This document shows positions 1 through 21,400 of a stretch of DNA of 64,000 bases, piece after piece (positions within the stretch are counted from its first letter, which is position 1; every line of letters begins with the position of its first letter). A program made the position numbers and the translations under genes. Where the stretch lies: positions 6,262,001 to 6,326,000 of the forward strand of contig NC_134029.1 of assembly GCF_964204645.1 (NCBI RefSeq), written 5' to 3'. Origin of the DNA: Tubulanus polymorphus. Its lineage: Eukaryota; Animalia; Nemertea. Below the pieces are notes generated by a model. It did no database searches, was not told the origin of the DNA, and worked only from the letters and a program-made list of their open reading frames with translations.

Positions 1-871
1 ATTGTGGAGTACGACCCGCTTAGATCAGATCGCTTAATAGAGCACGGTCCCTTCGATTCCTTTTCTCAACAGAAAATGCTTGTAACTCCTTTGATTTGAA
101 AAAAACCCACTTCAATTTTGGGAAATGGGCAATTAAAAATTAATGTAGTTCTACATAAAACTACCGGTTCACCTAAATCGGTACAATGCGGTTACCGAAT
201 TAGAAACTTTGATTACAAAACCACCACCGGTTTATTAAGATAAACAGTAGTACCGATTTAGGAGACGCATTAAGTTGGGAAATGAAATTTATGCAGCTAC
301 GCTTCTTCAAAACTTTCCCTTCTAAAACTCCTTTATCCAGCAATGACCAATCTGTATGGAGACCCTCGGAGCAATCAATCAATTCAGTGAAATGAAGAAA
401 ATAGCATGCCCCACATCGATCTGCATTTAAAGCACGTCCTGCTGTACACGTATTTCATAATCATGTATGATAGCTGCTGAGTGTATCATTCGTACCCACT
501 TCATTTTGTTTTTGATCGAATTATTTACGAGCTTTCCAACCGACGCTAAACTTTCCTCATTAAACTTTGTCTATCTAGGTCTGCAATTTATTATCCATTA
601 GCGGAATGTGGGTTCGAATGCAAAGCACAAGTGAACTACGGATGTAACGTTTCGATGGATATTTACTTGTCGTGTTCTTGATTTTTCCGCGCGAATTGGA
701 AAAAACTTTTTGAGATAGATAGAATTGTTGGTTAAAAAACAATGACAACTATGATACGTTTATCCGTAGTTTACAATTTTCATATTATATGCACTACTTC
801 ATTGTATACCAGGGCAGATGGCTCACGCAGGTGGTCATCTGTAGTAAATACGAGGAAAATATCTGTTGTAG

Positions 872-9904
<9,033 letters not shown>

Positions 9905-10679
9905 AAATATTTTTGGTGTCGATTGCTGGTAAAATATTATATCGAGTATATATTCGTAGATGATATCTGCAATTGAATATTGGCGAAATCGATCCCAGTG
10001 TTTGTGTATCATAGTAGAAGTTGTATATTTGTAGTCGTGCAAGTCCCACAGTGGTGACGTCATTTCTTCAATTGTAAATATTATTATTCCAATATCTCCA
10101 AAAGTCGAGATAGCTCATATAAATCATGTACATAGACATTTAATCATGAACAAACAAACAAAAAATATGGTTATTTTAATCGATTTTTCGTTTTAATTTG
10201 TCATTCCGAATAGTATTTTGGTGTTTATATTTTTTTATGTACACACTCGCTTGATGTTGGGTAGTGTGATGTTGGGTAGTGTTTGAGACCAGTCAAATTC
10301 TTTATATTATTTTAATTGATTATCGTTTGGAAGAAAAACTCTCAACTCTGTCCGGTCGGATCTCTTCATTTTCATTGTTCAGTTCAGTGTATTTGCGATG
10401 TGTTATCGGTTAGTCTGGAAACATTTCTTGGATTCAGTTCCGACGAAATGTATATTATAGAAAACCCATCTCTCGAAGGAAATGTATATGGATACTAAAA
10501 CTGAAATGCTAGACATGTGTGAAATTTTGAATGTAGTTCAATAAGAAGAAAGTATAGGTATAGGAATAGGAATATCGTGTAAAATCTAACGGGAATGAGA
10601 ATGAATTTGAATGCATAAGGCGCGTATGCATGACGTTTATCAGTAATTAGTTCAGTGTGTGTTGTTCAAAATCAAGTCA

Positions 10680-10685
10680 AATAAA
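10680..10685 (+). promoter_or_regulatory. Probable ZFR polyadenylation signal
   Basis: AATAAA about 780 nt after the ZFR stop, followed by GT/T-rich sequence. Confidence 0.55.
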
Positions 10686-10831
10686 CAAAGTGCTTTGTGC
10701 TTATCTTAATTCATTTTGACAGTATATTTTTCTTTCTGACGAATAATCTCTCATGTCTTAAATGGATTCAGGATATCATGTGCGGGACAGGTCTATTCAG
10801 TAATCCATTCAAATCATCTATTCTTACTGTA

Positions 10832-10944
10832 CTGGGTCCAGTTCCACAGTTCCGAGTTAAGATTTAACTCTGAGTTAAATCACTGAAAATGAACTAACTT
10901 AAACTCAGAGTTAACTCTAACTCACAACTGTGGAACTGGGTCCT
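10832..10944. mobile_element. Short palindromic MITE family C (GG[AG][CT]CCAGTTCCACAG ... CTGTGGAACTGG); copies at about 37750-37863, 57658-57762, 17099-17222
   Basis: Near-perfect fold-back of about 110 bp, recurring across the window. Confidence 0.7.
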
Positions 10945-12067
10945 GAATGTGTAAAAAATCCAAAAAAATTTGCCGATCCTGACAACTGCTGCTAGAATCT
11001 ACTCAAAGAGAATTAAGATAAAAATGCCCAGTTGCAGTCATAACTTAGTCTTAAAAAGTGATTTAAAATCATCACTTGATCATCAACCTGGGGCCAGTTG
11101 GTGAAAAGTTGGTTTAAGATAACTGGAGGATTGATACCAAAGTAACCATGAACTTTTGATTTTGACGATGTCAACTATCCATGCAACTTTGGAGCAACTG
11201 GCCCGTGGATTCTATCTAAAGCCATGACTGCTACTGACCCCAGAATTTATTGTGGTTTATGGTGATGTGTGACCTACTAGATAATTTGCACAGTTCTCCA
11301 GTCCTTGGCAAAAAAATCCTCGTAAGCAACCTCTAATAATCACAAGGTAAAACTTTCCATGACCGAGGAGGAACAATGTCCATCCAGTAAGGATTGGAGT
11401 TAAAACGATTTCCTTCGCCATTTCAGGAGAGCTACGGGTATATTGATAAAATTTTATTGAATACAAAATATTTGATATTATCCATTACAAATCACTAACA
11501 GGCTGTATAATTATATGATATATAAAAAATAGTAAATGCACTATTACAATTAAAACTTTGGCAAATTTTCGCTCCCTACACCCAGATTTATCTGTTAAAA
11601 AATGTTACAGGGTCCCTACCACCCCTCGGTTACTTAAAAACTTCGAAACAGAGAATTCTCTCGAGGTGCTAGAAACTCTTGACGGTGCTTAATATGAGCA
11701 AAATGCCTGAAACTCCTTCAATTTTGTGAAATAGGCAATTGGAAATGTGTGTAAGATAAACTACACCTAAATCGAAACCTGTAAAGGATAAAAATTTGCT
11801 CACAAAACCACCAAATTACCGTAATGGTTTACCGAGATAAACGGTACCGATTCAGGAGTCTATTGTAATTGGGATATGAAAGCCATGCAGACACTTCCTA
11901 AAAATTTGAAATTAATTCCTTTAAAACGTATAGCCAGGAATGACTGTAGGGACCCTGAGTAAGTTTGTGTATGATCATTGGTGAGGAAAACTCTTCCATT
12001 GTGGGAAGTTAAATCGTATGAAATCAAATTATTGAGTGTATGAATTTTACACCATGTGTAACAACTT

Positions 12068-14362
12068 CTAATAGTAATAAAGGCTGAAGAAAGCCCATGG
12101 CTCCGGTACATAAATGAAGCCCGGGTACTTCTTTCTGAGATCTACATCATCCCATAGATAAGCCACCCAGACGCTGACCAGCACCAAGGTCATCATGAAC
12201 GTATTGTAGAGAAATAATCCGTTCGAATCCATCTGGTGTCCTCGATGGTGTTGATATAGGACAATCAGCGTCATTACTAACAGAGATAAGGCAAATAAGG
12301 GAAATATTTGTCCTTCAGTAACCAGATACCTGTGTAAAATAGAATATTATACACCATTTAGGTCAAAATTGTGGTTGTTATACAATAGAACCTTGTTATA
12401 ACGAATGCGGATACAATAAGTTGGATGTAACAAATATAGAATTTCATCCAATGTAAGAAAATTTATTTAATATCATACTGGATATAACAAACTGATTATC
12501 TGGTCTTGTGGAAGTTCATTGTAACAAGGTTCCACTGTCTATGATACATTCTGTACATTCACAACATACATACCAGTAATATAAGGCACTACCGATAGCT
12601 AAGCTCCAACCACCTGCTGATAGTGTTGCCGGTGAACTGTTTGAAGTAAAACTGCTGCCAAAGTATAGTGTCAGTATCGTAAAAAACGGGATGTACCTCA
12701 ATGAATAAAATAACAAGAATGAAATGGCTTGAAGAATACAATAAGTTGTTGTTCAGGAGAACTTTAATGTCTTAATAATTTCATGTCATAATGCAGCACC
12801 AATGGAACATTAATAAATTGTGATGTCGGTCTCTAAAAGGTAGAATAGTTCATCACTAATTGATTGAATACAGTGAGACAAACTTACCACATCAGATGTC
12901 CAAGTTCTTCATCATAAAAATAGAGTAGTTCAAATACATTTACCTGAAATTAGATGTACTTGGTATGTCCAAATGTTCAACCACTTAAAATTCAATGTTT
13001 ACGTCAATATGAACCATGTATTTTATGATCTGCACACGAGGTATGCATAAGTTAAAGAAATCTTTAGAATTCTCTTGAAGTTGCTAAATCACTAATAATC
13101 AAATTTGGTACATGTAAATAAACGGTCCCTTACCAGTGATTTCGGCTTGAGTTCTTTCATAATCGGGTTATCTTGAACCGATAAATGAAGTTGATATCCA
13201 CTGTGGGTTAAACGATGGTTCACCGAATCACCGACCAGATGTATACTAGCGCCCATCACAAATGTTATAATCAGAATTTGTATCATAAACTCGGGCAATT
13301 TCTGTGAGCTTTTCTTGACCAACTGAAAAACGAGTATAAATAGCATTTAATGTAGTGATAGATACCGGACAGGATCACTCACACAAAATGAATTGCTAAT
13401 GAGTATTCAACATACCTTCATTAGAATAAATGCTGTGAAAATGTTATAAGCCATATGGAAGAAATCACCAACATTCGGCAAGTTCAAAGGAGACCAAGAC
13501 AGTGGAACATAGGACTGCAAGAAAAATCACAAAAATGCAGTAACATGTGCAACAGTATTCTCGAGCCATCTGTGGAGCTGATTTACAAGAGCAGTTTAAT
13601 AAATTTCTACCACCATATGTACGTTTTGTCATAGGGAAATGGGGGTGGACTAACTGGTGGATAACTTAGCCACAAGTAATATAATTCACAATGTATTTAC
13701 TCACTGGCATTAAAAAGATTTTCTAAGGCACATTTTCAGAATTTGAGGGGCCAAGGGCTAAAGCTCAGAATTTGAGCTGTACCCTCAAAAAAGAATTTTT
13801 TTGGGGAATTTTAGGGGTTTTTTGGGATTTGAGGGGCTGTAGAAACCTGAGCTAGCATGTGAAGTTATCTATATCACATGAGGAACCACAAGAGCACAGA
13901 AAAATAGGGAATTTTCAGCTAAAGCCTATTGGATTATATGACAAACTACACATTGTCTGTGAATATTCTATTACAGTAGATCAAATGATCAAAAGAAAGC
14001 AGGGGAACTAGTGAATTATTCAACGATATTGAGAATTATAGAGCTCACCATAGCAATAGGTCTTCCAAAATCTAGAACCCAGTTTTCAATCATAAGAGCT
14101 AACCACAGCTTCCATTGAAATGCAGCCCTAGAAGAAACATTGCATTAAGCCTTTGATGATCATTAAATCAGTGAAGGTAGATTGTGTCTAGTTAATAGTT
14201 AATACAGCAAGGGACCAAAACCTACATAAATTGCAGCGGTGGAACCTGTATCTTTTTAATATCTTTGGTGAATTTCTGTAAAATTTCTTTTTCGCGTATA
14301 GCTAACGAATTTGGATTTTCATCTATTCCTTTTTCGTACATTCTATCACGATCAATCGTCAT
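12068..14362 (-). CDS. CLN6: CLN6 ER transmembrane protein (ceroid-lipofuscinosis neuronal 6)
   Basis: Minus-strand exons at about 14362-14226, 14127-14049, 13514-13416, 13322-13134, 12943-12888, 12696-12574 and 12329-12068. Motifs: [87 protein letters not shown]. Probable upstream exon with donor at 15104/15103. Confidence 0.93.
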
Positions 14363-15103
14363 CTTATCCTGAAAAATTGCAATCAAATTGAACAAATGTG
14401 CATAATGAATACGGTATCCAGAAGACAAAAAATAGATTAAAGGCTTATTTAATTAGGTCTAACTAAGACATAGGCATATTCAAATAGGGATTAGGCCTAC
14501 TAGAGGCAACATAACTTATCATTAAAAAATAGTCAGTGACCTGTCAGTCACGACACTGATGTTGCAGAAAAATATTGACTTAGAAGCCCTACAACTAACA
14601 AGAGACAACTTCTAGATGTGACAAGTTGCCACGAAGATGGATTCCAATGATCCAACCACTCAATTGGAGGCTGTGTTAGGTGTACGGCTGTGGAAGGAGA
14701 GCATTTTTCAGGAGAGCTAAGTCTTCGCCCCTTCATAGTAGAGCCGGGTGGGTGATTCAGCGAGGGAACAGAACACGAGGCAAATGACTGGAGGGAGCCG
14801 GGGCAGGGCCTAACCAGCAGGGCAGGTCAGGAAGGGTGGGGACGGACGGAGTAGGGAGGGGGAGAGAGGCCAGACAGAGCAGAAGAGATGGACGGGGAGG
14901 GAGGGAAGACCGAGACGATTTCATCTTTTATTCATTTGCATTTATTTGTAAACATTCGTTAATCCACGTATTCTATGCATGAAGTAACCAGTATTTCACC
15001 TAAATCAAACTCCCACCGGAATAGATGCGGCCTTAAAATCAGTAGAACCAGAAGAGACAAGTTTCTCGGAACAATCAATAAACTTAATTTGATTGTCAAT
15101 TAC

Positions 15104-15415
15104 TTCCTGGACTCGTTTACGTACGCCAGAAATCTATGACGTCATCCGGCGTTCCCGGAAAAATGCTCAAAGCGCCGTCTATCGTCGAGTTTGAGAAGTA
15201 ACAAATTTATACCTGATGAACTACAGCCGCTAGAGGTCGTTGCGGTGATGACAGCTATGGCACCGAGAAATTAAGATTTAGAGAGGATTTTGCAGGAATT
15301 TTACGGTGGAATATTCAGCAGTTTGCGGCTGATTCTGGAGACAATGCGACGCTGTGCGTATTAACAATGTTCGCGCATATATCGGAAAATAGAAGAATGA
15401 AGGTTTAGAGGCGCT
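15104..15415. promoter_or_regulatory. Compact bidirectional promoter / 5' UTR region shared by CLN6 (-) and MYCBP2 (+)
   Basis: About 310 bp between the CLN6 first-exon donor and the MYCBP2 ATG. CpG-rich, with a perfect CRE palindrome ATGACGTCAT (15136-15145), TTCCCGGAA (STAT/ETS-like, 15152-15160) and a CTCF-like CCGCTAGAGGTCG (15227-15239). Confidence 0.6.
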
Positions 15416-18400
15416 ATGACGGCTACGGCAGCGCTAGAAAACAGTCGTTTTTACGTCTCTCAGCTTCTTCAAGGAGGCCACCTCGGCTCGAAATTTCATC
15501 AGTTATTCATCACCAGCAGGGAGCCGACAGAAAAGTACGTTTCTTTTTCTCTCTGTTCCCACTATTTCTTGTAGCTGTAATGAATGAGTACATGTAAAAA
15601 CCGAAAGTGAAGCTGAGAAAAAATTGGGCCTAAAAAATTAGTTTTTAAGGAGGCCCTTACTATCTGAATAAACTGGCTTACTGAATTATCATTGACACTA
15701 ATGTAATTATCTACAAATTGTAAAGGAAATAAGTGATAAAATTTTTTATTTTTTCTATGTGGAGATTTTTTTGATCACCAGCCAGTAAGAATTCGGTTGG
15801 CCCTCCCCCAACAGTTTTTGGAAAATAGATAAAACTGTATTGTAGTAGTCTGAATAGGCCTATAGCGTACAGCTTAGCCTACTCTTTTACAGAAGCTAGA
15901 TACTATTTGGTGCATCATTAAAAAACAGAGGTTGAGTCTATGAATTGATTTTCTTGTAGGAAAAAGACTGAAAAAAAGAAAGTAACTAAAAAGAAAATCA
16001 AACCCAAACCGAAGGAAAAACAAAAAGCAGTTAAGGTAAGCCCAAGTGTTGGTTTTCCTATGTACCGCTAGATTTTCACAGTCGGCTGACTCAACAGATT
16101 TAGTTTTTGTTTTGTTCGAATTTATTTTGTCTTTGAAATAACTACCACTCAACAATGAAATTAAACTTAGGCCTACAATATTGTGCCTAGTTCCTCAGTT
16201 GGGGTTAGAATCTGACTTTATGAAAATGAACTCATTTTAATTTGAATCTCAAAATTTTAATGCGGCCTTGTGGACTACAACCATGGCTGATGCTTCTTTT
16301 AAATATTATTAATTAAAGCACAGGGTGGCCACTGACCTGGAAAACCTGGAAAACTCAGGGTATTCAAATAATGTTGTTCAACGCTTGTTTCTTTATCAAT
16401 ATGTGTTCAATGAAAAATGAATGTAACATTTTAAACCTAGAAATTTCTCTGATTCGCTCTTGGGAATTTTGTGTAATGACATGGAAAAATCTGGGCTAAC
16501 TCAATTCATTTTCAAATGAGTTGACCCCAGAGTTAAAGATAATACCAGTCTATAAGACTGACCCCGGGCGATTTGTAAATGGGCGAAAAGTGGCCACCCC
16601 GAAGCAGATAAAACAATTGGCTAGGATAATCCTAATAATGTAATGCCATTCTATGCTTTCTTACATTATCGATAGAGAGACAAAAGTCCGGAAAATGCAG
16701 AATTCCATCCTCCGCACATTGAACTGCATGAGAATCCGTCTGCGTTCAGCGTCTACGCGAGCATCAAACAACTCGTGTTAGAACAACAAACGAAAGAAAC
16801 TCGACAGACTTTCGTCGTCGCTCACAGCGCTCAAATATCAGACGGCGACAGCGACGAAGATGAAGAAAAGACGAAAGATCCACAGATCACTATACCTAAG
16901 GTAGGCTTTCAAAATTATTCATTATTATTCCATATATTGTAGATTACATTGGCTACCCATTGTAGAAGGAGTTGACTGATCTTAGCCCAGATCTTCAAGT
17001 GCGTCCATGGCATTGCTCCTGTATATTAACAAAACCTCATCCGCATTAAGACATGTAATAGTGCCCGGGCACATCCTTTCACATATACCTTAATCACCAG
17101 GACCCAGTTGCACAGTAGTGACTTAAGACCAATAAAGGTCTCAAATTGCTAGGTTGGCTACATAACTGAGTTGGTCTAAGACTGGTCTTAAATCTAAGTC
17201 ATGACTGTGTAACAGACCCCAGGGCCTCTGAATTTGGTAGGTATTTCGAGAAAATTGATTTATGAAATTTGTAAGAAAAATGAATATAGTTTGCTGAGTT
17301 TATCAAAACAAAGATTTGTATATACTGGTAAATCATGGCACTGGAGGACAGTAGTAATACTGTGGTGGTGTTATTTAATTGTAGATTGTTGGTCTTGGTT
17401 TGTGCGGTGTATTCGAACTGATTAAAGAGACTCGTATAACTCAACCATCATTATGTACGCGAGCGTTACAAGCCTTGCTCGACATGTTACAAGGTCAAGC
17501 TCCCGAGGGTCTCAAAACCGAACCCGGAGAAGTGATCGGTATGTTGAAATTGATGACACCCTATTTCTCTCTTTCTTGAGAGAGCGATTATACATAATTT
17601 AGCAGCAAGGAGGAGATCCATCAGCAAAAATGGCACTTTCAATATTTTCACCTCTGATTTGATGATTTCAGATTCGCTGTTTTTGTTATTGATGGAATTA
17701 ACATCGAAGTCGAATCCAGAGCAAAATTGTCAGTCCAGTTATTCTCTAAGCGCTGTAGCATGCGCTTGCCTGATCAGTCTGGTTGTCGGAAGAGGAGACA
17801 CTGGCAAGCTGTTGTCTGCTATTGGTGCTATGTTGATGAGCTCGGCGAAGTTAGCATCACAGGACATTCGAGTAAGTTTTATGGGAATAATGTAGGAATT
17901 TTTTTGAAAAAGGGAAAAGCCACTGATAAAACATTCTTTTTCTAGCAATGATAATCGACAAACAATTTTTGATTTCATTGCAAATTCTATGATGCTGTGG
18001 TAACTAAAATAGTTTATTTTAAGAAGCTCGGATTTTCTCAACTCAACAACTTAGATTTTTAAGATCTTTCAAAATTTTTCACTCATCATCATTTGACGGA
18101 TCTTTTGAATTTTCATTTTTTGAATTTTTATTTATCCGTTTCGATGTCCCACATTTTGCCGCACTCATATTTCTACTCTAATTATTTCAAGGTGCCGAGC
18201 ATTTTAACGTCGTTACAAAAAAGCGTACAGTCGGCGTTATTAGGAACTACGATTCATCCGGATTGGTTTAACAACGGCATACCGGATAAAGCAAGAACTG
18301 AAGTAATACCAATTATTCTACCGAAAGTAGCAAAACCTGTTCAAATGAAAAAAGGTATGTAATTGTCGAGAATGTGTCATAGTTGTCGGTGAGATAATGT

Positions 18401-21400
18401 GTAAGTAGAAAAGTTAGCGGTGTTAGAGTTCAATGAAAACCCCAAAAAATATCACCGCTATTCCACCCGTGCTGTTGGCAGGTATTTGCTGCATGTAAAT
18501 AAAAGTCGTTTTAAAGATTTCCAGAATTTATTCGAATTTTTGTAACTTAATTATTGTAGTATCGCCGGAGGTTGTATTACACAGCGCGATCGCCTCGGAT
18601 GGTAAATACCTTTACATTCATCACAAAGACAAACTGCTGAAAGTCGGCTCCGGTTACAGTAGTACGATTAAAGGCCACGTCTATTTAACGCGTACCGATT
18701 TCCACGCCAAAGAACGAGGCTGGCTAGCCTATGCTAAGGTAACTACATTCTTAATACAAAATCTGTTTCAACGACCAACGGTTTTATATTTTTAAGCTTA
18801 AAAGATAATAAATTTTCGTTGGGCCATCCAACTATATCTGTATTTTGATATCTGATTTCTAAATAGAACTCTGTTTCATTTTGGCCGGGTGGAGTGTGTT
18901 TGATGGGGAGCAGAACATCAACAAATAAATCTAGAAATCAAACTAATCAATCAAAAAGACGGACAATTACCTATTTTAAGATTGAAGAAATCAAAATTTA
19001 CTGATTGGTTTAACTTGTCTATGTAGATACTACTCATTTTGATAAAATGCTGCCTTGTTGATTTTTCTAGGGAATGCTTTTCTATAAAGATATGGACAGT
19101 GCCTCCGGAGCTTTAGCCGTAATAAATATTGAAACCCTCGATGAGGAAAAACTCTTCAAGTTCGAAGGTAAATAGATACATCATGAAATAGGAAACTCAA
19201 ATTAGGTTATGAGTCTTTGAAGGTTCTTTGAATCTGAATTTTTCTTCCTTAGGGAATAATTTTGGTTCGACTGTGCTGTTTAGCGATGGTGAACATATTG
19301 GACGAGTAGCTGCCTCTAAAGATGTGAGTTAATTTTGATTCATCGCAAGATTGTCGACTTAACAGGGGCCTGATTGATGGGAAAAATTGCAATGAATGGC
19401 GGTCTGCTTGAAAAATTGTGACAAATTTTAAAAATCTGTCAAAAATCATGAAATTCTGTGAAAAAATCAAAAAGATGTCTATGTCAAAATATTTTAATCA
19501 TCTTTCTGCCATATACAATGGAGCTCAGATAAATCCTGGTATTTTATTGTGAGAAAATGTGAATCCAGAATTCATTAATCTGGCCCTTGCTACAAAGAAA
19601 CATAGCTTATACAATGAATGTGGATTGATTATTTCATTGTAGGATAGCTTTGTCGTACGAACGTATGATCCGACTTACAGTCCGATGCCTATCGTTAGTG
19701 AGATACCATTGAAGCTCGCTCGGAAGTGCATGGATGTTTTTGGCACAGCGCCGTTTGACAACCTGTGCGATATTCACAGTATTAATCTCGGTTGTGATGA
19801 AGAGATTCTTTCCGTTACGTCTGGCAAGGAATTCTCACTTGCTCGCACAGCAAGTGGCAAGGTAGGCAATGAATAATCAGGGTCCCTACAACTCCTTGGT
19901 TCCATAGAAACTCCTTATGAACGGAAATTGCTTTTAAAGGTGCTCGAAACAGTGATTGGAATATGAAAGTAATGTGGGCACTTCCTCAAAATTTGAAATC
20001 TTGTGCTTTAAAACACCTTGAAAACTCCTTATATCCAGGACTGACTGATCTGTAGGGACCTGTATAGGCTTACAATCTCGATTTAACCTACCTCAACTTC
20101 AATGACTTGATAATCTATTACTATTTCATTTCTTTTCTCATAGATATTTTATACGGGTAAATCATCTGTGGTAGGTATTAAACACGGTGGCGCTCCGATA
20201 GGTCGATGGAACGAACTGCCAGTCACGAAGTCACCGAGGTTCGTTCAGTATTCTGTCGGTCACGAAGGAATGCACGCGTTACTGGTCACCGAAGACGGCA
20301 CGGTCTATTTCACCGGAACTCCTAAACGAGGGGAAGATGGTGAATCAGGATTAGGTATGTAAATGATAAAGCATATGCAAAATGACCTACATCTTCCTTA
20401 ACAATTGTGGCAAAAATTATCTATCCTAATTGGTGTGACCAGTTTCAACTGTCAACGTTGAATTTCTTTGGTAAATTATGAAAACTTCAATTCGTTTCCA
20501 TGCTATGTATGATGTTGATATCCAACGTTTTCTCTACTGTAGTGGAAGGCAGACGAGCACCGAAACCGATAAAACCAAAGAAAATGGTGAAAATGGAAAG
20601 CAAGATGGTGCTAACAACAGCCTGTAACTACGGAACTAGTGCCTTGGTTACTAAAGATGGGGAGCTTTTCATGTTCGGCAAAGACAACCAACATTGTGAT
20701 GCCACCACTGGTAAGTGGGGACATTGTCTCTGATCTTATAATGTACTGGCACTTAGAATGCAATATTGGTAATCGGTATTTTCTGTGATTATCGTTGAAG
20801 GTCTTGTCACTGATTTGAAAGAAGTTACCGTCACGCAAGTGGTTTTGGGTAAAGCTCACGCAGTCGTACTGACCAGTGATGGATTCGTTTATACATTCGG
20901 TCTCAACAACAAGGGACAGTGCGGCAGAGAATTGTCGTCTGCTCCGAAAGAAGGTGAGTTATTTGAGAAAGCATCCCGTGCTCAATTCCACCGCATCTTA
21001 CGGACCCAAAAACAAATTGGTATGCAGGGGTTAGACTGGGTGGCCACTGTTCTGGAAAACTCAGGGAATTTGGATAATGCTATTCAGTGCGTGTTTTTGC
21101 ATCAATGAAAAATGAATGAATGTAACATTTTAAACCTTCTCTGATTCACTCAGGGAATTTTATGTAATCACATGGAAAAATCAGGGAGAACTCGAGGGAT
21201 TTGTGAATGGCCCTGTAAGAGAATGCTAATTGTGATACTAACGTTTGTGGCTTTTAAAGATATCAAACCAGTTTGGAAAATCTAAATATTTATTTGATTT
21301 GATGTTCTCGCAGTGAGTAGCGTTGTAACTATGGCAGACGAAGAAGATGATATCTATTTCGAGGATATCATTTGTCCACCGGGAAATCACAAATGGAAAG

